DNA of 63,808 nt, the filler included, from Stramenopiles sp. TOSAG23-2 (lineage: Eukaryota), in NCBI GenBank assembly GCA_900128395.1. It is 2 parts of 2 records of this genome, joined end to end, with 100 filler letters (N's around TTAATTAATTAA, not from the genome) between each part and the next. Parts side by side here need not be neighbours in the genome. Positions count along the whole stretch, not along the records: positions 31,958 to 63,808 come from LT649366.1; 1 more part is not named here. One strand, 5' to 3'. The notes under the pieces were generated by a model that made no database searches, was not told the DNA's origin, and saw nothing but the letters and a program-made list of their open reading frames with translations. This document shows, piece after piece, positions 55,085-63,808 of this stretch (positions are counted from its first letter, which is position 1; each line of letters opens with the position of its first letter). Position numbers and translations under genes: made by a program.

Positions 55085-56396
55085 GATACCATTTACTTTT
55101 TTTTTAGTTCGTGGAACATCCGTAGCCTGAGTTCCAGTGCTTACGAATATTATGCATACGCTCGTACATACATTTACGAGTAAAATAAAATCTTTAAATT
55201 TTAAACATTCTCATTAATTACGAATAAGAAAGTACGTAAAATTATTACGACTCTAACTCGTATAACTTAGATTTTAACCATCATCAATTATAAAATAAGA
55301 GAATTGTGACATTTTAAAATTATATTTTTTATTATGCATACGATCGTATTACGTTTAAATAATATTTAATAATGATAGTTAAAATCTAAGCATTAATAAT
55401 AATTTTACTTCCCGTGGTAAATAATATGCTCAACACTCAATCGCAAGAATAATATTCTACGTTCGTATTCTACTATATTGAAGCTCTAATGCACGTCCCT
55501 GCACACTAATACTCCACAAGCACAAGTAGGTTTCTATCCGTCCATGTTCCATGTTCGTTCGTTGAACGCGCTGGGCGCCGGGTTCACTCGAAAGCGGTGA
55601 GGCTGTCAAAGTGAAAGATCCTGTTGTGAACATAATTATATAATATATAAAAAATTCTCTTACTTAAAATTTAAAAGATTTTATTTACTCATAAATATAT
55701 ATAATATGTAAACACTAAAAACGATGAATACTTATAATAATATGTCAAAAGTAATTTCATAAAATGGAAAAGATATAACCGTATCCTCATGCAATTCCTT
55801 ATATTGATTTCCGTATTTTTTATTTACTCATAAATATATATAATATGTAAACACTAAAAACGATGAATACTTATAATAATATGTCAAAAGTAATTTCATA
55901 AAATGGAAAAGATATAACCGTATCCTCATGCAATTCCTTATATTGATTTCCGTCTTTAAAAGATCCCGTTATGCTTATGCCCCGGTCCTCATCATGGGAG
56001 TTCTCAATTCTTGTATCGGTATAGATATTTTTTTATAATATACTTCTCGTACGTACGTATTTTTTTAGTGTCCATGATTAGAAAACATTTTTATACGATG
56101 AATTAAAAAATATTTTATTACACATCTTGTGGAGTTTTACACACACCTCCCTCTCGATAATAAAAAATACGACGCCTTCGTACTTATCATATTTCACGAT
56201 TTGTTTTTGCTCCTTATGCCTGACATGCCACAAAATTACGAGTAATTTTATTCATAATCCTCATCATCATATAAAAAATCATCTCAGAATTGTAATTGGT
56301 ACTCGCTCCAATAATCAAAACGTAAATTATGCCTGACATGCCACAAAATTACGAGTAATTTTATTCATAATCCTCATCATCATATAAAAAATCATC

Positions 56397-56875
56397 TCAG
56401 AATTGTAATTGGTACTCGCTCCAATAATCAAAACGTAAATTTCTTGTATGTTTCATAATTTTATTACTTAATGTAAGCGCTTTTAATTGCCTACTAACAA
56501 CTAAATTTTCATTTGAAGTTAATACAGCGATACTAATTCGTTTCGGTGGATTGATCCTTGGTATCCGTAATTTAAGAATAAATTTAGTAGGAACTCCTTT
56601 ATTATGATCCATTGCCCAATAATGTGTTGTATCGATACCACAATCACCTTCATTATACCTTGGAGGGTTGGGGCATGGGTGTGTCGAACATGGTGGAAGT
56701 GTAATAAGCATTGGTGGTTCCGAAACTTGCACTTCTCCTCCTGAAAAATTAATAGCACTTCCTAAACGCTGTAAATTTGAAATTTTGACTTTAATTATGT
56801 CACCACTACGATATGTATTTTTTGAAGTTTTAATAAAAATACTACTCGGGTGCCTCGGAATTCGGAAATACAGGT
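56397..56875 (-). pseudogene. Unidentified coding-like fragment disrupted by duplications
   Basis: Open frame YLYFRIPRHPSSIFIK...EVQVSEPPMLITLPPC...; bracketed by tandem duplications at about 56208-56440 and 56783-56972. No 5' ATG and no family recognised. Confidence 0.35.
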
Positions 56876-57206
56876 AAATTTTGACTTTAATTATGTCACC
56901 ACTACGATATGTATTTTTTGAAGTTTTAATAAAAATACTACTCGGGTGCCTCGGAATTCGGAAATACAGGTAGTAAGTAAGGTATTCTTACGCGCTGTGA
57001 AACAAATTGATGCTTGTATCCCTTGCTGTGTCTATGCTATTATATTATTTAAATAATACTCGTAACTGTCCAGCTTTCAGTTTAGTGAGATATAGATATT
57101 CTTGTCTCAGTTATTGTATTCTTTCTGGAGAGTAGGAATTATCATGAGTAAATTTAAAAAATACGCATTAACTATACTCTATATGAACTCTCGTTACTAA
57201 CAGACA

Positions 57207-58040
57207 CTAATGTAAATCTAAGCTTGAATCCTCTTGTAACTTTTTCAACGGTTTTTTTCTTTTACTATGACCAGATAGTCTTAATCGCTCTAACAAGCGG
57301 GCGTGCCTTGCAGCTTGATCTTTAGCAGTGTGCTGCGCTAACGAATTATTTTCATTCTTCCAAGAATTCAAAGTTTCTGAAACCATAGACATACGTCTAT
57401 TCTTTTTTGAAACCGGTTTTGGCGAGATGGATACTGTAGATACGTCGTTTTGCTTCAATATGTCATTTGAATTTATTGAAAAATCTTTATTTGTAGGAGT
57501 AATAGTTACTCCTTTTTTGTTTAATTTTTTCCTTTTGTTCAATCGTTCAATGCAACTTTTCCCCTTCGAAGTTCCTATTAATAGAGATATCAGTCCACTT
57601 AGTATCACAGTGGAATTAATCACGATAAGAATTATACCAGATATGCTCTTCTCGTTTGGACCCATAGGTTCGCTCAAGCTTGTGGCGCGCAATTTAATTA
57701 CCAAAGCAGCCATCAGGGTAAAAAACAATTGTATAGAAGCAACAAATTGGACACCATTGTCTTTAAAGTTTTCGTAAGGTGCAAACTTTGTAATGGACAA
57801 TACATGGAAAAATTGCACTAGTAATGCAACTACTATTTGAATTGATTTTCCTCCTCCAATGATGGCAATAACACCTGTTAAAAAAACTTTACGTGCCATT
57901 TCTAATAATTCCCAGTACCAGAACGATTTTTTATACTGCATATAGAGAGTCCCAAGTTCTTCTCTAATCTCTTCATGCTTCTCAGATTCACGGTCATACA
58001 AATGGCTTTTATTCTTCCACAACATATACAGGGAAAACAA
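57207..58040 (-). CDS. C-terminal multi-TM fragment of a large membrane protein (5' part missing)
   Basis: LGTLYMQYKKSFWYWELLEMARKVFLTG...PY pattern typical of the TM tails of large protist surface proteins. The ORF starts on a non-ATG codon in the middle of a helix. Confidence 0.65.
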   Translation of the reverse strand: MFSLYMLWKNKSHLYDRESEKHEEIREELGTLYMQYKKSFWYWELLEMARKVFLTGVIAIIGGGKSIQIVVALLVQFFHVLSITKFAPYENFKDNGVQFVASIQLFFTLMAALVIKLRATSLSEPMGPNEKSISGIILIVINSTVILSGLISLLIGTSKGKSCIERLNKRKKLNKKGVTITPTNKDFSINSNDILKQNDVSTVSISPKPVSKKNRRMSMVSETLNSWKNENNSLAQHTAKDQAARHARLLERLRLSGHSKRKKPLKKLQEDSSLDLH

Positions 58041-58407
58041 TGGTGTATCAATATTTTTTACCCGTTGGGCTTAGTAAATTGCATTTAAATTGAATCAAGG
58101 GTTTTTTAAATATATGTTTGTACAATAATTTTGATTACTTTTCGCAATGCAATGTGTTTGTATCTCCTCATATATATATGTTTCTAATTTTTATATTAAT
58201 ATGTGCTTTATGATAAATTACATGTTATTAATTCCATTAATTGGATTAATGTTTATTATTAATTATTAGATCTATCATTTGAACATTTATTATTTTATTA
58301 ATTATTATTTGTAATAGAGGTAGATACAAGTATTTATACACAAACCCACTGCTGGAACTGGAAGCGAAGACGCAGTATATACAAATGGGAAGCCAAGTAC
58401 CACCAGT

Positions 58408-58495
58408 AAGCCTGCCCAGCAGGCCAGGCAGGCTGGGCAGGTGGGCAGGCGGGCAGGCTGGGCAGGCCAGCAGGCCTGGCAGGGGTCCTTGCCCT
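58408..58495. promoter_or_regulatory. GC-rich (GGCAGG/CCTGCC) repeat island upstream of the HDAC gene
   Basis: gcctgcccagcaggccaggcaggctgggcaggtgggcaggcgggcaggctgggcagg... about 200 nt before the ATG. The regulatory role is inferred. Confidence 0.45.
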
Positions 58496-58676
58496 TTCAT
58501 CACGGCACTTGGCACTTTAATAAGCGTGGGGAAAAAAAAAGATACCGACCGATAGTTGAATATACATTTATACAAGCAAAAGCAAGACTCCATCTATCTA
58601 TCTATCTACATATATACTGTAGAATATACATATATACCAGAAAGTCAAAAGAAAAGAGTAAAAAAAAATAAAACCA

Positions 58677-60569
58677 ATGAACGAAATTGCCAAGCCCTTG
58701 GGCAAGGTTAACCCAGTTATACCTAATAATAAACAATTAAAAAAAAGAAAATATATTAGAATATTACATGCACCATCATCATCACCAGATACACCACAAC
58801 AGCCACCAAAATTACCTTCGCATCAGCAACGTATACTAATTACAAAATACAAAAAAGGATCACGTGTTAACAAGTCCAGAAGAATAAGAGCAACAACAAC
58901 AACGACAAATGATCCAAAGCAACAACAACCATCAGAAGAAGGTGATAGTAATTATTATAATTACAACCATAATAATAATAATAATAATAATAACAACAAC
59001 AACAACAATAGTCAAACAAGTTCTACTATGGAAGATGCGTGGTTATGTCAAAATTGTACGGAGTTTCCTAATTATCATCATTTATGTTCAAATTGTGGTC
59101 GTGCAAGACATTTTGCAGAAAATGTAAATAGAGCAATTGATTCTATTATGTCGGAGCAATCTGAATTAAAACGTGGCGAGTTGCTACCAAATGACCCAAC
59201 GCAAAAAAGAACAGGATATGTATATGAAGAACAATGTGAACGACATGAAGATCCAGATACCAATTCACATAAAATCCACCCGGAAAGACCTGGTAGAACA
59301 AAAGCAATACATGCACGTTTAAATGCACAAGGTTTGATAAATAGATGTGAACGTGTTCCATCAAGACAAGCAGAGGAACATGAATTATGCAAAATACATC
59401 CATATGAACATGTTAAACGTGTACAACATTGGAGTAGTGAAAATAATTCCGGGTTATATGAAGGTGATAAACCGGAAAGTAGCGATGTATATGTAAATCA
59501 AAGCTCTGCATTGTCTGCAGCATTATCTGCTGGTTGCGTAATTAGTATTACAGAGAAAGTTGCAAAAGGTGAATTATCAAATGGAATTGCAAATGTTCGA
59601 CCACCTGGACATCATGCGGAAGAATCTGAAGCAATGGGTTTTTGTTTTTATAATAATGTTGCTGTTGCAGCTAAAATGGCACAAGAAATAAATGGAATAC
59701 ATAAAATATTAATTGTAGATTGGGATATACATCATGGAAATGCAACTGAAAATCAATTTTTAAATGATCCGAACGTGATGTATATATCCTTGCATCGGTA
59801 TGAACATGGTAATTTTTATCCTGGATCTGGTAATCCACGTGTAGTTGGTACGGGTCGTGGTGCTGGGCATAATATAAATATTGCATGGCCACATGGTGGA
59901 GTTGGTGATATTGAATATTTGGCAGCATTTTACCATGTTATCATGCCAATTGCAACCATGTTTGCACCAGATCTCGTACTTATATCTGCTGGATTTGATT
60001 CAGCTGATGGTGATCCATTAGGTGGATGCAGTGTTTCCCCTGCTGGTTTTGCACATATGACTGGAATGTTAAAAAGTTTAGCACGTGGTCGATTGGTATT
60101 ATGTTTAGAAGGTGGATATAATATGCGTAGTATTGCACATAGTATGGAAGCATGTGCACGTGTATTATTAGGCGATGCTCCGATGCCACCAATTGTTGAA
60201 AAACCACCATCTACACATGTCATGAAAGCAATTTTTGAAACATTTCAATACCATCAACCATATTGGAGTATCTTGGGACATCTTGGTATGCAAACGCAAC
60301 CATCAAATCGTATGCAAAATATGTGGGGTGGTTCCATGCGATATAATGGAGTTGGTATTGGAAATACAGGTGGATTTATTGGTCCAAGTGGTAATAGCTA
60401 TAATCCAAAAGCATTAGAAAATGGCAATGGTGGTAATCACGATGATGATGATGATAATAATAATAATAGTGATAAGAAAAAAAAACGTAAAGCATATAAA
60501 AAAGTGAAAACAAAGAAAAAAAGATTAAAAATTGTTAGTCGATGGATGAAAATGAAGAAGAAAGGGTAG
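58677..60569 (+). CDS. Class II histone deacetylase with N-terminal RanBP2-type zinc finger (HDA15-like architecture)
   Basis: WLCQNCT...LCSNCG; HPERPGR, RPPGHHA, GFCFYNN, DWDIHHGN, SAGFDS and LEGGY motifs. Confidence 0.92.
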   Translation: MNEIAKPLGKVNPVIPNNKQLKKRKYIRILHAPSSSPDTPQQPPKLPSHQQRILITKYKKGSRVNKSRRIRATTTTTNDPKQQQPSEEGDSNYYNYNHNNNNNNNNNNNNNSQTSSTMEDAWLCQNCTEFPNYHHLCSNCGRARHFAENVNRAIDSIMSEQSELKRGELLPNDPTQKRTGYVYEEQCERHEDPDTNSHKIHPERPGRTKAIHARLNAQGLINRCERVPSRQAEEHELCKIHPYEHVKRVQHWSSENNSGLYEGDKPESSDVYVNQSSALSAALSAGCVISITEKVAKGELSNGIANVRPPGHHAEESEAMGFCFYNNVAVAAKMAQEINGIHKILIVDWDIHHGNATENQFLNDPNVMYISLHRYEHGNFYPGSGNPRVVGTGRGAGHNINIAWPHGGVGDIEYLAAFYHVIMPIATMFAPDLVLISAGFDSADGDPLGGCSVSPAGFAHMTGMLKSLARGRLVLCLEGGYNMRSIAHSMEACARVLLGDAPMPPIVEKPPSTHVMKAIFETFQYHQPYWSILGHLGMQTQPSNRMQNMWGGSMRYNGVGIGNTGGFIGPSGNSYNPKALENGNGGNHDDDDDNNNNSDKKKKRKAYKKVKTKKKRLKIVSRWMKMKKKG

Positions 60570-60744
60570 GAGAGAGAGAGTGTGTGTGTGTGTGTGTATG
60601 TGTGTAGAGAGAGAAATAGAAAACATGGTGCTTTTAATATTTAAATATAGAGTTTTACACATAGATCTCATAAATAAATAATATACGAAACTTTCGGTAA
60701 TGATGTGTTAAAATGTGTTATACACACGTATGATACAATATTTT

Positions 60745-61749
60745 TTACAATTTACTCTTGTTGTTACCTTGTTGTTGATATTTCATATCATTTGTTAAAT
60801 AATCATTAATGAAATATGCAATTGCATGTTCATCATTTGTTTTTGGTAATACATATTGTACTAAATTTTTTATCATTGGTATTGCATTATTCACACATAT
60901 ACTTATATTTGCATTGTTTAACATTTCTGCATCGTTTGAACCATCACCAATTGCTATGCAATCGATCTCATTTACATTATTATTATTAATATTATTATTA
61001 TTCTCGTGTTTCAATATGTCCAAAACTTTTAAAATTGTTTTAGCTTTTGAAGTCCCTTTTCTTTTTAAATTTACACAACCTTCTGACAAATCACGACTAT
61101 CCAAACCACCTAGTCCTGCATCGATTTCATTTTCAAGACCAATTTGTTTAATAATATTTTCAACTATTGGAAGAAATGTTGTCGATTTAACTCCACGTTT
61201 TAATATAAATACTTGAGCAACTTCCTCACGAGGTTTACCAAGTACTTTCGTTTCTTCTTCAAAAAATTTTTCAATTAAATAAATACATCGTTCTTTATTT
61301 GGCGTATTTCTACTATTGTCTCCAATCGATGCCAGGTCACTGTTAAACTTATGGAATTTAGGTGATGAATATGCAGATGAATCGCCAAAGTCAATCCAAT
61401 ATTCAAACATGTCATTGTTTTCATCATTGTATACCGTTCGTAATTCACGTGCTATATTTGCAATGAATTTTCCTGTCATAAAAGAGGATAACTCGTTTTG
61501 TATTTTCCATTGTAAATTATGTTTCATACGTCTTGCAACAATTGTACCACCGGCTGCTGTTAAAAAATTGCATCCATATCCTACTGATTTCGAATGTTCC
61601 AATGCAGAATTAAAGGGCTGACCAGTAGCAAACATGCATAAATTTCCTATAGAAGTCCATTTATTCAATGCTTCCTTGTTTGGAATTGTTATTTTACCTT
61701 TTGAATTCAACGTCGTTCCATCTAAGTCTAACGCTAATAATTTTACCAT
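60745..61749 (-). CDS. HAD-superfamily hydrolase, Cof-like subfamily IIB
   Basis: DLDGT, ATG(Q), SKA and GDGSNDAEML motifs. Confidence 0.9.
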   Translation of the reverse strand: MVKLLALDLDGTTLNSKGKITIPNKEALNKWTSIGNLCMFATGQPFNSALEHSKSVGYGCNFLTAAGGTIVARRMKHNLQWKIQNELSSFMTGKFIANIARELRTVYNDENNDMFEYWIDFGDSSAYSSPKFHKFNSDLASIGDNSRNTPNKERCIYLIEKFFEEETKVLGKPREEVAQVFILKRGVKSTTFLPIVENIIKQIGLENEIDAGLGGLDSRDLSEGCVNLKRKGTSKAKTILKVLDILKHENNNNINNNNVNEIDCIAIGDGSNDAEMLNNANISICVNNAIPMIKNLVQYVLPKTNDEHAIAYFINDYLTNDMKYQQQGNNKSKL

Positions 61750-62426
61750 TTTATAAAAATGTAATTATTTTAATAATATATATATATATATATATATTGT
61801 TGAATATTTTTTTCGTATACATTTATATTATATATATTATGTATAAATCTCGTATATATTGCAATATGTATACGTGTGTGTGTATTTATTTGCCGTAGAA
61901 TATTGTTTTTATTTTTTCGATTATATCTATTGTATGTGGGTTACTATATAGATATGTATTACATATATTAATTATAATATGGGTATATTAATAAATGATA
62001 GATATTATAAAATAAATAAATGAAGAACAAAAAAAATGAACAAAAAACCTTTAATAAATACAAAAACAATTGTTTTAAATCATACACACTCTTTTACACA
62101 ATCAACCCTCTCGTTGTGTAATTTCTCTTTTTTACTTTTGTATGTTTTGTTTTTATATATATTCGCTTCTTGTTTGTTATTTTTTTCTGTGTTTTTGTTG
62201 TTTACTTCTCTCTCCCGATTTTCAATATATATATATATTATAAATTGAAACAAATAATAAATACGCATTTTTCAATATCTATAATCCTCCGGTTGTTCTA
62301 TTTTGTTTTATTATAATATCCTACATCATACGTATATGATTCACTTATTAGTTTCTTATATATTCAATATATATAATATATCACGAGGTATAAATTTCTT
62401 ATGGCGTTTTGGTTCATAATGTTTTA

Positions 62427-63497
62427 TTAATCATTGATATTAATGTTTCCAACTACGGCATCTACAGAAGCAACAGTTGTATCAGTTGGTACATTATTTG
62501 TAGCAACAACTGGTGGTGGTGGTGATTGTTGTTGTTGCTCCGCGGATATTGCTGGTGTTGTTATGCCTCCTAATGATGGTTGCGGAAGTTGTTGCATTCC
62601 TCCCATCATTAAATTTGGATTACCTAAGCCTGTGCCATACATCATATTGTTGCCTGGGCCACCACTCATCATCATCATTGCATTATGTGACATGTAGGAT
62701 ACGGCTTTCCAATTGTTTCTTCCTCGTCGATGTGGTACAACATGGACACGAGCAGATTCACCTAATTGTGGTGGCCATAACTGATGACGTTCTGCAACTG
62801 CTTTGGATACGTAAATGTCACCATTCATAATACAAAACGATTCAAAAATACGTGTAACTTGACCTTCAAACGGTTGTGGCGGTTGGCGTGGTGGATAATT
62901 ATTTTGTTGAAATTGATTTGGTCGGTTTTGTTGCATGCGATCACCACCAGCACCACTAGCACCAGCACCAGCAAAATTCATCATTCCTCCTCCCATATTG
63001 CTTCCCATCATATTGCCATTTCCACCATTATTACCACTCCATGATGACCTATTACCAATCATTGGGGATTGTTGTTGTTGCATCAATCCACCACCCATAA
63101 ACATTTGTTGTGGTTGTTGTTGATTTTGTTGCTGTTGCGATTGCATCATCATACTATTATTATTTATATTATTCATTGCTGGATAATTATTATTGCCACC
63201 ACCCATCATACCTCCACGTTGTTGATAAAATTGTTGTTGTTGCTGGTTGATCACAGTTGGTGGTTGTATAACAATATCTAAAGTGCTATCCGAACGATAT
63301 GAAACAGCTTTCCATTTATTTCTACCTTGCATATGTGGTACAGTAGCAACATGGACACCATTTCCTAATTGCGGTGGCCATTTTTCATTGCGCTCAACAA
63401 CTGCTTTTGAGACGTAAATATCTGAATTAACAATGCAAAATTTTGGAAATACTCTTGTAACATTACCTTTACGTGTTTGCTCGTCGACTACCACCAC
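62427..63497 (-). CDS. Protein with two S1/cold-shock-like repeats separated by a Q/M/G-rich low-complexity region; 5' end unresolved
   Basis: Two similar units, GNVTRVFPKFCIVNSDIYVS...WKAVS and GQVTRIFESFCIMNGDIYVS...WKAVS. The ORF begins on GTG at an acceptor-like tttAG. Confidence 0.65.
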   Translation of the reverse strand: MVVVDEQTRKGNVTRVFPKFCIVNSDIYVSKAVVERNEKWPPQLGNGVHVATVPHMQGRNKWKAVSYRSDSTLDIVIQPPTVINQQQQQFYQQRGGMMGGGNNNYPAMNNINNNSMMMQSQQQQNQQQPQQMFMGGGLMQQQQSPMIGNRSSWSGNNGGNGNMMGSNMGGGMMNFAGAGASGAGGDRMQQNRPNQFQQNNYPPRQPPQPFEGQVTRIFESFCIMNGDIYVSKAVAERHQLWPPQLGESARVHVVPHRRGRNNWKAVSYMSHNAMMMMSGGPGNNMMYGTGLGNPNLMMGGMQQLPQPSLGGITTPAISAEQQQQSPPPPVVATNNVPTDTTVASVDAVVGNININD

Positions 63498-63621
63498 TAA
63501 AATACAACTTTTTTATAAACACATCAAAAAAAATAATCAAATTTTAATTTATAAAATTACAATTTTTATACTTTCTTTTTTTTTTATAATAACAAAACTA
63601 TTGGGTGTGATAATATATAAT

Positions 63622-63807
63622 TTATTCTGCAGTTCGTACGTTTTCTGTGGAAAGAAATTTAAAACTGTCAACTTCAACTACGGATACGTGTGTATACAAT
63701 TTCTCATCTGCTTCTTCATCTTCGTTTTTCCTTCTGGACAAACGTACACGTACTCTGTATGGTACATTTCTGATTCCTTTACTCCATACATATTTGTTTA
63801 ATGCGGT
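63622..63807 (-). CDS. RPL31: 60S ribosomal protein L31 (eL31), C-terminal 61 aa, runs off the window
   Basis: Manual translation gives [61 protein letters not shown], matching eL31. Not in the ORF track. Confidence 0.93.
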   Translation of the reverse strand, partial: TALNKYVWSKGIRNVPYRVRVRLSRRKNEDEEADEKLYTHVSVVEVDSFKFLSTENVRTAE

Positions 63808-63808
63808 A

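Noticed and set aside
2411-63801. Numerous short antisense or alternative-frame ORFs in the track (e.g. 5369..5821, 29651..30175, 49743..50327, 63433..63801)
   Set aside because: Shadows of well-supported genes or low-complexity intergenic frames with no recognisable motifs.
1-63808. tRNA, rRNA, CRISPR arrays, intact transposase or reverse transcriptase genes
   Set aside because: None recognised by eye. A tRNAscan/Infernal run would be needed to exclude small RNAs.

Overview
AT-rich, gene-dense, nearly intron-free eukaryotic genomic DNA, probably from a heterotrophic protist (a stramenopile is my guess from gene content and style, not proven). It consists of two contigs joined by an N/TTAATTAATTAA/N linker at 31858-31957. 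Many 85-210 nt near-exact tandem duplications look like assembly artefacts and split at least two genes. About 23 protein genes are recognisable, including SPT5, ADA, UDP-sugar pyrophosphorylase, PGM2, a PCIF1-like methyltransferase, a class II HDAC, a giant Sfi1-like protein, a GH19 endolysin-like protein and the 3' end of RPL31 (absent from the ORF track). The main finding is at 6535-13576, where the whole reductive pyrimidine catabolic pathway is clustered around one divergent intergenic region. Dihydropyrimidinase lies on the minus strand. On the plus strand, a single 1519-aa ORF joins a complete dihydropyrimidine dehydrogenase to a complete beta-ureidopropionase. All three enzyme moieties start with a mitochondrial-presequence-like peptide, including one internal to the fusion (Met1074 onward). 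This suggests a mitochondrially imported polyprotein, possibly cut by MPP. That internal peptide also sits inside a potential in-frame GT-AG intron. Secondary findings are a CpG-depleted HNH island flanked by 14-bp direct repeats, recurrent promoter-like motifs and a dispersed AT-rich palindromic repeat family.
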